Part shown: in pieces, positions 49,736 to 59,148 of the stretch | How positions within the stretch are numbered: position 1 is the first letter of the stretch | Layout of the letters: each line of letters opens with the position of its first letter | Source of the DNA: Arenicellales bacterium | GTDB taxonomy: Bacteria; Pseudomonadota; Gammaproteobacteria; Arenicellales; JAJDZL01 | Assembly: GCA_963664525.1 (NCBI GenBank) | Contig: OY761535.1 | Location: forward strand, 2,703,314-2,767,313 | Reading direction: 5' to 3' | Length of the DNA stretch: 64,000 nt | Position numbers and translations under genes: made by a program | Notes under the pieces: generated by a model | Seen by the model: only the letters and a program-made list of their open reading frames with translations | Databases searched by the model: none | What the model was told of the DNA's origin: nothing

Positions 49736-51447
49736 TGGATATTCGGCGCGCAATTTTGTCCATATCGCTTGGCTTGATTTTGCTGCTCATCTGGCAGGCA
49801 TGGCTGGATTACGAAAACACCAAGGACGCTGTACAGCTTTTGAGCGATTCGTCGACCGAATCCGATTTACCGCAAACGCCTGTTGCCCAGCCTCAACCTG
49901 AAGCATCATCTGTACCTCAAGCCCCCGATACCCCGGCACCACCGGCAGCGCCGAGCGAAGCTGACGCACCTTTGCCCACGACAGCACAATCAGGACAGTC
50001 AGGCTCTTTCATTAGCGTCGAAACCGATTTGCTGAAACTGAGGATTGATACAGTCGGTGGTCAGATCAGGGATACGCGCCTGATCCAGTATCCAGTTGAG
50101 GTCGAAATGCCCGACGTTCCGTTCCGGTTGCTGAAAGATATGCCGCCGGATGTCCTGGTTGCGCAGTCCGGTCTGGTTGGCAACGATTTTGAGTTTCCAA
50201 ATCATAAAACCCAGTTCAGCGCCGATTCAGACTCCTACACCTTGAGTGCCACAGACCAGTCGCTGTCGATACCAATTTACTGGACTTCCCCGGAAGGTAT
50301 TGAATATACGAAGATATTTACCTTCCAAAGGGACAGCTACCTGATTGACGTTGAACACCGGGTCAACAATCAAAGCGGTCGGATGTGGCAAGGATACCAG
50401 TACGGTCAATTCCTGGCAACGGAACAGCAGGTTGAAGGTGAAGGGTTTTTGTTTTTGCGCGCCTTGCCAAGTTACCAGGGTGCTGCGGTATACACACCGC
50501 AGAACAAGTACGACAAGATTGACTTTAAGGAAATTCGCAACGAAAAGCCTGCTTTTGAAACCGAATCCGGATGGGTGGCGATGCTGCAGCATTATTTTGT
50601 GACTGCCTGGCTGCCGGAGGACAATTCACCGTACCGATTCTATACCCGACCGCTGGACAGCGCCGGGGGCCAGACACGCTATCAGATCGGCTATGTCACC
50701 TTAAGTCCGAAATCGGTCGCCAATGGTTCTTTGGATTCGTTGCATACCCGCCTGTATGTCGGACCAAAGGAACAGGTGAGAATCAAAGAACCTGCCGAAG
50801 GCTTGATTTTGACCGTGGACTATGGTTGGCTGACCCCGGTTTCTTCACCGCTTTTTTGGGTTCTCGAAAAGATTTACAGCGTCATACAGAACTGGGGCTG
50901 GTCCATCATCATTTTGACCTTGATGGTAAAGATTGTGTTTTACCCCTTGTCCGCCGCCAGTTACAAGTCGATGGGCAAGATGAAAAAACTGCAGCCACGC
51001 CTAAAAACGCTGAAAGAGCGCTACGGTGATGACAAGCAGAAGCTCAATCAGGAAATGATGCAGATTTACAAAAAAGAGAAAATCAATCCCCTGGGCGGCT
51101 GTTTGCCGATTCTGATCCAGATACCGGTATTCATTGCGCTTTACTGGGTATTGCTGGAAAGCGTTGAGTTGCGTCAGGCACCGTTTATTTTCTGGCTGAC
51201 CGATCTTTCACGCTCAGATCCATATTTCGTGTTGCCGATTCTCATGGGCGCTTCCATGTTTGCACAGCAGTTTCTGAATCCGACTCCTTTGGATGCGATG
51301 CAAAAAAACATCATGATGAGTTTGCCGATTGTTTTCACCATATTCTTTTTGTGGTTCCCCTCCGGACTGGTGCTTTACTGGCTGGTTAATAACATCCTTT
51401 CAATTGCACAGCAGTGGTATATCACCCGCAAACTGCTGACCGAATAA
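49735..51447 (+). CDS. yidC: Membrane protein insertase YidC
   Basis: N-terminal TM, a large periplasmic domain, and the conserved C-terminal core 'GWSIIILTLMVKIVFYPLS', 'GCLPILIQIPVFIALYWVL', 'FPSGLVLYWLVNNILSIAQQ'. Confidence 0.95.
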   Translation: MDIRRAILSISLGLILLLIWQAWLDYENTKDAVQLLSDSSTESDLPQTPVAQPQPEASSVPQAPDTPAPPAAPSEADAPLPTTAQSGQSGSFISVETDLLKLRIDTVGGQIRDTRLIQYPVEVEMPDVPFRLLKDMPPDVLVAQSGLVGNDFEFPNHKTQFSADSDSYTLSATDQSLSIPIYWTSPEGIEYTKIFTFQRDSYLIDVEHRVNNQSGRMWQGYQYGQFLATEQQVEGEGFLFLRALPSYQGAAVYTPQNKYDKIDFKEIRNEKPAFETESGWVAMLQHYFVTAWLPEDNSPYRFYTRPLDSAGGQTRYQIGYVTLSPKSVANGSLDSLHTRLYVGPKEQVRIKEPAEGLILTVDYGWLTPVSSPLFWVLEKIYSVIQNWGWSIIILTLMVKIVFYPLSAASYKSMGKMKKLQPRLKTLKERYGDDKQKLNQEMMQIYKKEKINPLGGCLPILIQIPVFIALYWVLLESVELRQAPFIFWLTDLSRSDPYFVLPILMGASMFAQQFLNPTPLDAMQKNIMMSLPIVFTIFFLWFPSGLVLYWLVNNILSIAQQWYITRKLLTE

Positions 51448-52796
51448 ATGGCGGTAACGTCGATACGATCGCTGCCATAGCGACACCCGCCGGAATGGGC
51501 GGAATTGGCATTGTTCGCCTTTCCGGTCCCGAATCAACACCAATCATTCAACAGGTGGCAGGTACACTGCCCAAGGCGCGAAGCGCTCAGTACCTGGAGT
51601 TTACAGCTACAGATGGCAGTGTCATCGATCGAGGAATTGCCCTTTACTTTCCGGCACCTCATTCATACACCGGGGAAGATGTTGTCGAATTTCAATGTCA
51701 TGGTGGCCCGGTTGTACTCAATATGCTGTTGGCTCGTATCCTTGATCTCGGTGCCCGCACTGCCGAGCCGGGTGAATTCACCCGACGTGCGTTCCTTAAC
51801 GGCAAAATGGACCTGATGCAGGCTGAAGCGGTTTGCGATTTGATCAACAGCAAGACCGAAGCTGCGGCTCGCGGTGCTGTTCGTTCATTAAGCGGAGACT
51901 TTTCCATCCAGGTGAATGAAATTCGCGAGCAGCTTGTACGCTTGCGGATGTACGTTGAAGCAGCCATCGATTTTCCCGAAGAAGAAATCGATTTCCTTGA
52001 CAATACGCAAATTGATGAATCTGTTGACAAAATTCACGCTCGAATCACCAAACTTTTGGACGATGCAGCGCGCGGACAAATATTGCGAGAAGGCCTGGAA
52101 GTTGCGATCACCGGTCTGCCCAATGCCGGTAAATCCAGTCTGCTCAACCAGCTTGCGGGTCATCAACGCTCGATCGTTACTCCCCAGGCTGGTACCACAC
52201 GAGATACCATTGACCTGCTTGTCGACTTTGACGGTCTTGCAGTTTGTCTGACTGATACAGCGGGTCTTCGTAGCAGTGATGACCTGGTTGAAAAGCAAGG
52301 AATCGATCGTGCCTGGAAAATTGCCCGCGACGCTGACCTGGTGCTTTATCTGATCGACGTTACCCGCGCAGCTGTTGATATGGACCGGTACAATCTATCG
52401 CAGCTCGATCATTCTAAAGTACTGATCGTGTGGAACAAGATAGATCTTGGCGATTTGCCCAGCGACACCTCCCTACCCGATGAAGTCAAGCAGATATCTG
52501 TATCGGCCAAAACGGCGATCGGTGTGGATTCCCTGCGCCAGTATATTCGCCAGTTTGTCGGCTTCACAGTCAGCGATGAAGGCCAGTTTTTAGCCCGTCG
52601 CCGACACCTCGAAGCGCTTGAAAATGCACTGAAATTTGTAGAGCAGGCACAAACGGTATTAAAACGGCATCGTTCGGGTGAATTGATGGCCCAGGATTTG
52701 CGCGATGCAATGGATGAACTTGGCAAACTGGTTGGCACACTGTCTGCAGATGAACTGCTGGGTGAAATATTTGCAAATTTTTGCATTGGTAAATAG
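51414..52796 (+). CDS. mnmE: tRNA modification GTPase MnmE
   Basis: 'DTIAAIATPAGMGGIGIVRLSG', G-domain 'GLPNAGKSSLLN', 'DTAGLR', 'NKIDL', C-terminal 'FCIGK'. The only in-frame start is GTG 51414, which overlaps the yidC 3' end by 34 nt. Confidence 0.92.
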   Translation: MVYHPQTADRINGGNVDTIAAIATPAGMGGIGIVRLSGPESTPIIQQVAGTLPKARSAQYLEFTATDGSVIDRGIALYFPAPHSYTGEDVVEFQCHGGPVVLNMLLARILDLGARTAEPGEFTRRAFLNGKMDLMQAEAVCDLINSKTEAAARGAVRSLSGDFSIQVNEIREQLVRLRMYVEAAIDFPEEEIDFLDNTQIDESVDKIHARITKLLDDAARGQILREGLEVAITGLPNAGKSSLLNQLAGHQRSIVTPQAGTTRDTIDLLVDFDGLAVCLTDTAGLRSSDDLVEKQGIDRAWKIARDADLVLYLIDVTRAAVDMDRYNLSQLDHSKVLIVWNKIDLGDLPSDTSLPDEVKQISVSAKTAIGVDSLRQYIRQFVGFTVSDEGQFLARRRHLEALENALKFVEQAQTVLKRHRSGELMAQDLRDAMDELGKLVGTLSADELLGEIFANFCIGK

Positions 52797-52860
52797 CGAC
52801 ACCGGCTTGAATCCGAAGTAAACTATTCGTAATTCACACTAAAAGCCGAATTAACTCACC

Positions 52861-53787
52861 ATGCGAAAAAATCAATCCGAACGGGTACTGATTCAGATAA
52901 GCATCGTCTTGACAGTCATTGCTGCAGTTGTTATATGGCAGCACGACTATTTGATCAATCTGTACATTCACAATCAGTTAACCAATGTCGGCTTGATTGT
53001 CAATGGCGCCATTTTGGCACTGTTTGGGCTAGGTATGCTGCGTATGGTGCGTCTTTTCTGGTTTTATCGGGAACAGGAAAATGCGCTGGATGTTTTTTCT
53101 GCGGTCATTGAGTCAGGGGATATGGACCGTTTGGAAGACGCAGTACCGCCACAGTCCATCATTGGCCAGCGCTATCGCACGATTGTCAGTTTTTTTAGCT
53201 CACGTACGGAAATTAACCACAATGCGCTCGCTGCAACGCTGCTCGCCCGCGAGTCGAGCAAGATAAGTTTTGTTAAATTTATCAACAATATCCTGATATT
53301 GGCCGGTGTGTTTGGAACGATAGTTTCTTTGACGGTGGCATTGCTGGGGGCTTCAACCGCGATTTCCGAGACAGGAAGTCTGCGTGGCATTGATATCGTG
53401 ATTCACGGTATGTCGACCGCGCTTTCAACCACCATGACTGCGATCGTGGCCTATTTTCTGTTTGGCTATTTTTACTTAAAGTTGATGGACACCCAGTCTT
53501 ATGTTCTAGGACGCGTTGAACACGCAACTGCAACTGAACTGATGCCTCGATACCAGGCTGCTACCCGGTCGCCGGAGCAGGCTTTAAGCGAACTTTTAAC
53601 CGGTACGGTTGAAACCATTGAGAAGTTTAATGATTTTATTCAGCAAATCCAGACCATTGGTGTTTCCCAAAGCACGATGATGGAAAATTTTGAGCGACTG
53701 ACCGAACAGAATATGCACATGCTGAGCGACATTCGCAGTATTTTGCGAGCGGGCTTCAGGCTGCGGGAAGACTCTGAGCACAATTAA
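52861..53787 (+). CDS. MotA/TolQ/ExbB-family proton-channel-like membrane protein (308 aa)
   Basis: Four hydrophobic segments. The last two carry 'ILAGVFGTIVSLTVALLG' and 'GMSTALSTTMTAIVAYFLFGYFY', resembling the MotA/ExbB/TolQ channel signature. An ~85-aa helical cytoplasmic tail follows. Confidence 0.65.
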   Translation: MRKNQSERVLIQISIVLTVIAAVVIWQHDYLINLYIHNQLTNVGLIVNGAILALFGLGMLRMVRLFWFYREQENALDVFSAVIESGDMDRLEDAVPPQSIIGQRYRTIVSFFSSRTEINHNALAATLLARESSKISFVKFINNILILAGVFGTIVSLTVALLGASTAISETGSLRGIDIVIHGMSTALSTTMTAIVAYFLFGYFYLKLMDTQSYVLGRVEHATATELMPRYQAATRSPEQALSELLTGTVETIEKFNDFIQQIQTIGVSQSTMMENFERLTEQNMHMLSDIRSILRAGFRLREDSEHN

Positions 53788-53806
53788 CACTGTTGGGTAA
53801 ATCACG

Positions 53807-56218
53807 GTGACAATGAGCACAGGCGGTTTTATTGACCTGCGCGTTCACCGCGCCACGGAGAGCAGTCACTCCGACGACAGCATCTGGCCATCTTTTACTG
53901 ACATCATGATGGTTGTCGTCATGATTTTCCTCATGTCATCCGTCATTTTCATGCTACGCAATGTGCAGCTCGACGAAGATATTGAACGAGCCACGGTTGC
54001 CGAGAGCATGGCTGTTCAGGAAACAGAGTCCCTACGCGAACGCACGGCATATCTTGCTGAAATTATTGCCCAAACAAAAAAACAACTGTCACTGACCGAG
54101 CTGCAACGACAGGAACTGAAGACATTGTCGGAAGTGCGAGGCGTACGCATTTCGGAACTTGAAGTCGAAACCGCGCAGCTTTTTCAAACCCAACAGCAAC
54201 TGAATGTTGAAGTGACAGGATTGAATCAGCGCCTTGAGCAAATCAGGGGCGAGCGAAATTCATTGACTGAGCGCATCAGTTCGATGAACACGACCATCGA
54301 GCAGTTGAACGAATTAATCGACACCAAGTCCGCTGAGTATGACACTTTGCATGCAAACTTCCAGCAAAAGCAAAACACGTTACGCCTGGTCGAGGAACGT
54401 TTGGACAGCCGTAACCGCGACCTTGAAAACTTAAGCGCAAGCCTGGCCCAGCTTGAAGACCTTGAAGCAAGCCAACGTGGGCAAATTGCTACACTTGAAC
54501 AAATTAAGGCTGAACGCGAACTTCAGATTCAAAACCTTGTCGCAGAATCTGGCCTTAAGGATGAACAAATTGCAAGGCTGACTGAGACTCGTCGCCACTT
54601 GAGTGCGAGTTTGACTGCTCGTTTGGGTGAACTTGAGGTCCTGCAGCAAACCTATCGAGAAAGTCTCGCTTCGATTGAAAGTTTGCAGGCTCAATTGCAA
54701 GAACGAAGTGCCCAATTGCAAGATCAGACGCTGGCCAGCGCGCAGCTGCAAGGCGTTGTGGAACAGCTTGAATCGGTAAAGACTGAGCAGGGTGAGACCA
54801 TCGAGTTTCAGGTGGAGACCCAGGCCCAGTTGAGAGAGGAACTTTCCCGACGAGTCGCACAGGTGTCGGAACTGGAGCGACAATTGCTTGCCAAATCAGA
54901 CCAGTTCACACAATTAACGGCGCGTGAAGCGAGCTTAATGGCTGATTTTGAAACGTTATCCGCAAGCCATTTCGAAAATACACAAGTCATTGAGAATCAA
55001 GAACGTCAAATACAAACACTGCGCGATCAAATTGCACAGCAATTGGCAAATCTTGATGATGCTCAGCGCGCGATTGAATCACAAGCGACACAACTGACTG
55101 AAGTTAGAGAACAACAGGTCGCCACCCTCAATGAGCTTGAGCAAGAACGACGGCTCAACGAGCAGCTTAAGCAGCAACAAAGCGATCAAATTGCTTCAAT
55201 GACTGAGCAACTGTCAGTCAATGAACAAACCGCTGAGCAGCAAACCCAGCAGATCGAATCATTAAAGGTCCGATATGCTGAGCGCCTGGCCGAGTTGAAT
55301 CGAGTCGAGGCAGACTTCAAGGAACGCAAACTTGAAGTTACTCGTTTACAGGAACAACTGACATCAATGATTGAGCAACTCGATTCGCTTCAGACCGCCT
55401 TGAGCGTGCGCGATACACAGATTAGCACTCTCAATGTGCAAATTGGCGCACTTGATGATGAAGTCGATTGGCTCAGTGCTTCAGAAAAAGAACTAAAAGA
55501 ACAAATAATTCAATTGCTTAATGAAAAAAGCGAACATCAGGACGAAATTGCGCAGCAGCGCCAGGAACTGCAGGGGCTTGAAGACGAGATCCGTCGTGTC
55601 ACCATTGAGAACGATGATTTTAGGCGCGAACTGGAATACAGCAGACAATTGCAAGCAGACCGCCAGCAACAGCTTGTAACCCTTCAGACCGTCATGCAGC
55701 AGTTAAGTCAAGACCTCAAGGCTCGTGACGAACGACTCGAGTCCCTGCGATCTGAAAACGACAGACTGCTCAAAACAGAAATTCGCGGTGATCGCCAAAT
55801 CACCCAATTGCGCCAGGCCTATCAGGAAAGACTGAAAGAACTCAATAACTTACAGCAAGCCCTCGCTTCAAGAAGCGGCGAAGTTGAACAGCTTCAAAGC
55901 GAACTTGTTGAATTTGAGCATGAGCGTGAATTAATGTTGCGGCCAGCCCGAAGCCCCGCCAATCGATTTGTTGTCGAGGTCTTTTTCAGTAAATCTGATT
56001 CTGGCGATGCAATCTACCAGTATCGACTGCCAGGACAATCAGCGACAAATCGGGTTTCACGAGATGAACTTGAGAATTTGTTGGAACGACTGAAAAACGA
56101 ACGCTCCGAAGGACTTTATACCAAGATCATATTTCCTGACGAAGATCGGTTGTCGTTTTCGGAAGCCTGGGATTTTACGCAGCACATTCACTCGAATTAC
56201 GACTACTACAGCCGATAA
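53807..56218 (+). CDS. MotB/ExbD/TolR-like single-pass protein with ~640-aa coiled coil and ExbD/TolR-like C-terminal domain (803 aa)
   Basis: N-terminal 'SIWPSFTDIMMVVVMIFLM' is a TM helix with a conserved-position Asp (codon 53900-53902), as in stator B/D subunits. Residues ~55-700 are Q/E/L/R-rich and heptad-like. The last ~100 aa ('RFVVEVFFSKSDSGDAIYQYRL..VSRDELENLLERLKNE..LYTKIIFPDEDRLSFSEAWDFTQHI') fit the ExbD/TolR periplasmic-domain pattern. No OmpA-like motif was seen. Confidence 0.55.
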   Translation: MTMSTGGFIDLRVHRATESSHSDDSIWPSFTDIMMVVVMIFLMSSVIFMLRNVQLDEDIERATVAESMAVQETESLRERTAYLAEIIAQTKKQLSLTELQRQELKTLSEVRGVRISELEVETAQLFQTQQQLNVEVTGLNQRLEQIRGERNSLTERISSMNTTIEQLNELIDTKSAEYDTLHANFQQKQNTLRLVEERLDSRNRDLENLSASLAQLEDLEASQRGQIATLEQIKAERELQIQNLVAESGLKDEQIARLTETRRHLSASLTARLGELEVLQQTYRESLASIESLQAQLQERSAQLQDQTLASAQLQGVVEQLESVKTEQGETIEFQVETQAQLREELSRRVAQVSELERQLLAKSDQFTQLTAREASLMADFETLSASHFENTQVIENQERQIQTLRDQIAQQLANLDDAQRAIESQATQLTEVREQQVATLNELEQERRLNEQLKQQQSDQIASMTEQLSVNEQTAEQQTQQIESLKVRYAERLAELNRVEADFKERKLEVTRLQEQLTSMIEQLDSLQTALSVRDTQISTLNVQIGALDDEVDWLSASEKELKEQIIQLLNEKSEHQDEIAQQRQELQGLEDEIRRVTIENDDFRRELEYSRQLQADRQQQLVTLQTVMQQLSQDLKARDERLESLRSENDRLLKTEIRGDRQITQLRQAYQERLKELNNLQQALASRSGEVEQLQSELVEFEHERELMLRPARSPANRFVVEVFFSKSDSGDAIYQYRLPGQSATNRVSRDELENLLERLKNERSEGLYTKIIFPDEDRLSFSEAWDFTQHIHSNYDYYSR

Positions 56219-56409
56219 CGAAACCGTGTTCATCAGCGGCGGATAAATCCATGCGCAGTGCCGGGTCTGTGTGACCAACGTCGGATAACAGACTCAACAA
56301 AGCTTTTGGATGGGTCATATCCATGTTCGCTCGTAGCCTGGCCTGGGCTTCGATACTCTACCCCAAGGTTTTTGCCCGTCACGGATGTTGATTTCGCATC
56401 GAATAGACA

Positions 56410-56438
56410 TTCAGAAGAATAAACAATATTCATATAAT
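56410..56438 (+). promoter_or_regulatory. Candidate sigma70 promoter for mnmG (TTCAGA-17 nt-TATAAT)
   Basis: -35 TTCAGA at 56410-56415, a 17-nt spacer, -10 TATAAT at 56433-56438. It lies 86 nt upstream of the mnmG ATG. Confidence 0.3.
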
Positions 56439-56523
56439 GGCGAGCGTCTTCACTTTTTGTTAACACCGTGTTCCAAAACACTTTTTTCGATTTCACATTT
56501 CAGCTTTTGAACGATTACAAGCC

Positions 56524-58419
56524 ATGCGCTCAGAAATGAATTACGATGTTATTGTCATCGGCGGTGGACATGCCGGTTCAGAGGCTGCGATGGCTGCCGC
56601 GCGAACAGGCAGTCGCACGTTACTGCTCACCCAAAACATCGAAACGATCGGACAAATGTCCTGTAACCCTGCCATCGGTGGGATCGGTAAAGGCCACATT
56701 GTCCGTGAAATCGATGCACTGGGCGGTTTAATGGCACATGCGACTGATCGAAGTGGAATTCAGTTTCGACGCTTGAATATTCGTAAGGGACCTGCCGTGC
56801 GTGCGACGCGGGCACAAACTGACCGTTCCTTTTATCGATCCGCTGTTCGACAAATGCTGGAACAGCAGGAAAACCTGACTTTTTTTCAGCAGGAAGTCGA
56901 AGACCTGTGGGTCGAGGGAGACCAGGTGCTTGGCGTCGTTACACGATTTGGCGTACGCATCATGGCGCCTTGCGTTGTATTGGCAACAGGTACTTTCTTG
57001 GGCGGTGTGCTGCACATTGGCTTAAAGAATCGAAGCGGTGGACGCGCGGGTGATGCACCGTCCAATCGGCTTGCAAGCCGTCTTCGGGAAATGATGTTCC
57101 ACGTGGAACGTTTGAAAACCGGTACACCGCCACGTATTGATGGCCGAACCCTAGACTATTCCAAGCTGATCGAGCAACCCGGCGACATTCCGACGCTTGT
57201 GTTTTCATTTCTAGGCTCGGTAAAGGATCATCCTCGACAAGTTTCCTGTCACATTGCCCGGACCAATGAAAAAACGCACGAAATTATCCTTAAACACCTT
57301 GATCAGTCGGCGATGTACGGCGGTACAATCGACTCGGTCGGCCCGCGTTACTGCCCATCGGTTGAAGACAAGGTGGTGCGATTCTCCGACCGTTCTTCTC
57401 ACCAGATTTTCGTTGAACCGGAAGGCTTGAACACTTCGGAGATTTATCCGAACGGTATCTCTACCAGTTTGCCATTTGAGGCGCAGTGCGATTTTGTACG
57501 CTCAATCGAGGGCTTTGAAAACGCGCAGATTACCCGCCCCGGCTATGCCATCGAGTATGATTTTTTCGATCCCCGTGATTTGCATCCGAGCCTGGAAACC
57601 AAATCGTTGAACGGTTTGTTTTTTGCAGGCCAAATCAATGGAACCACCGGTTATGAGGAAGCTGCGTGCCAAGGCTTGATCGCTGGCTTCAATGCTTCTC
57701 GACGCGTACAGCAGTTAGACTCGTGGTGGCCTCGACGAGATGAAGCCTACATTGGCGTACTGATTGATGATTTGGTGAGCAAAGGGGCCGATGAACCCTA
57801 CCGGATGTTCAGTTCGCGTGCTGAACACCGGCTACTGTTGCGCGAGGATAACGCGGATTTACGCTTGACAGAAAAAGGGCGTGAGCTTGGTTTGGTTTGC
57901 GAGCGACGCTGGAAGTCTTTTTGTGCCCGACGCGACGCCCTTCAGAAAGAACGTGCCCGACTTGAGGCAATCAAGATTACTCCGAACGCCGAAGTACGGG
58001 AAGTGTCAAGAAAAATAACAGGCCGACCAATCAGTCACGAAGCGACCCTGTTTGAGCTTTTGCGCGACCCGAATATTGATTACGATGCCGTCATGCAATT
58101 TACTCAAAGCGGCAACCCCGTGACCGACTGCGGTGTAAAAGAGCAGTTGGAAATCGAAGCGCATTATGCGGGCTATATCCAGCGGCAACAGTCTGCGGTC
58201 CAAAAGTCCTTGAAACTCGAAAATGTTTCGTTCCCAGACGCGATTGATTTTTCAGATATTCATGGTCTGTCGAACGAGGTCCGACAGAAATTGCAACGCC
58301 ATCGCCCCAAGACTTTGGGCTTGGCATCCAGAATTCCTGGTGTAACCCCTGCCGCAATCTCAGTGCTTGCAGTGCACCTGAAAAAACAATACCAAAAACA
58401 GGCCAAGCGAGTGGGGTAG
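56524..58419 (+). CDS. mnmG: tRNA uridine 5-carboxymethylaminomethyl modification enzyme MnmG (GidA)
   Basis: '[16 protein letters not shown]', '[24 protein letters not shown]', '[12 protein letters not shown]', '[17 protein letters not shown]'. Confidence 0.95.
   Translation: MRSEMNYDVIVIGGGHAGSEAAMAAARTGSRTLLLTQNIETIGQMSCNPAIGGIGKGHIVREIDALGGLMAHATDRSGIQFRRLNIRKGPAVRATRAQTDRSFYRSAVRQMLEQQENLTFFQQEVEDLWVEGDQVLGVVTRFGVRIMAPCVVLATGTFLGGVLHIGLKNRSGGRAGDAPSNRLASRLREMMFHVERLKTGTPPRIDGRTLDYSKLIEQPGDIPTLVFSFLGSVKDHPRQVSCHIARTNEKTHEIILKHLDQSAMYGGTIDSVGPRYCPSVEDKVVRFSDRSSHQIFVEPEGLNTSEIYPNGISTSLPFEAQCDFVRSIEGFENAQITRPGYAIEYDFFDPRDLHPSLETKSLNGLFFAGQINGTTGYEEAACQGLIAGFNASRRVQQLDSWWPRRDEAYIGVLIDDLVSKGADEPYRMFSSRAEHRLLLREDNADLRLTEKGRELGLVCERRWKSFCARRDALQKERARLEAIKITPNAEVREVSRKITGRPISHEATLFELLRDPNIDYDAVMQFTQSGNPVTDCGVKEQLEIEAHYAGYIQRQQSAVQKSLKLENVSFPDAIDFSDIHGLSNEVRQKLQRHRPKTLGLASRIPGVTPAAISVLAVHLKKQYQKQAKRVG
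57095..57110. promoter_or_regulatory. parS centromere-like site (TGTTCCACGTGGAACG) inside mnmG
   Basis: The 14-bp core GTTCCACGTGGAAC is a perfect palindrome. It matches 15/16 positions of the Pseudomonas-type parS TGTTCCACGTGGAACA. It lies ~2 kb upstream of parAB. Confidence 0.65.
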
Positions 58420-58468
58420 TGCGCCACTTGATGTTCCGTCCAGCATTTCTTGTAGAACCCGGCGATCG

Positions 58469-59137
58469 ATGACGCCACGGTCAAGGCAGCAGATATACGG
58501 CGATGAATTACGCGCCAGGATGGCGAGTCGGATTCAAACTGCATCAAAAAGGATGATGGTCGATCTGCCAGACAAGCAGATCGAACGTGCGATCGCTTAT
58601 TCGGAGCTTTTGTTGAAGTGGAATCAAACGAGCAATCTTACAGCCATTCGTAACTTGGAAGATATTGTTGATAAACACATTTTGGATTGTTTGGCGATTG
58701 TGAACCATGTTCAGGGATCGAAAATCATTGACCTTGGCAGCGGTGCAGGGTTTCCGGGAATCGCATTGGCATTGGCCAGACCAGATTGGAAGGTCATGCT
58801 CGTCGATTCGAAGGCCAAGAAGATACAGTTTTTACGTCACGCGGTGGCCTGTCTGGGTTTCGTCAACGTTCAAGTTCTTCATCAGCGCATTCAGGACATC
58901 GCGACCGGGGAGTTATTTGATACTGCAGTGGCTCGAAGTCTGGGCTCGCTCAAAGCAATTGCTGATCTTGCATGGCCACTGATCGCATCGGATGGCCGCA
59001 TTATTGCGATGAAAGGTCAACTGCCTGTTGCCGAGATTGCAGCGCTTGAATCACCATGCCGTCTGACGGTTCGAAAATTAAACGTGCCTTTTCTCGACAG
59101 TGAGCGGCACTGCATCATTTTAAGATCTGTTTCCTAA
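58469..59137 (+). CDS. rsmG: 16S rRNA (guanine527-N7)-methyltransferase RsmG (GidB)
   Basis: 'LLLKWNQTSNLTAIR', SAM motif 'DLGSGAGFPGIALAL'. Position between mnmG and parA. The exact start is uncertain. Confidence 0.9.
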   Translation: MTPRSRQQIYGDELRARMASRIQTASKRMMVDLPDKQIERAIAYSELLLKWNQTSNLTAIRNLEDIVDKHILDCLAIVNHVQGSKIIDLGSGAGFPGIALALARPDWKVMLVDSKAKKIQFLRHAVACLGFVNVQVLHQRIQDIATGELFDTAVARSLGSLKAIADLAWPLIASDGRIIAMKGQLPVAEIAALESPCRLTVRKLNVPFLDSERHCIILRSVS

Positions 59138-59148
59138 GCGGAGGAATA

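Noticed and set aside
52861-56218. Calling the MotA/MotB-like pair a Zorya (ZorAB) defence system
   Set aside because: No ZorC/ZorD/ZorE-like genes are adjacent. The long coiled coil is on the B/D-like subunit rather than the A subunit. No peptidoglycan-binding OmpA-like domain is visible. The locus is compositionally native and sits in a housekeeping neighbourhood. The resemblance is kept only as an analogy.
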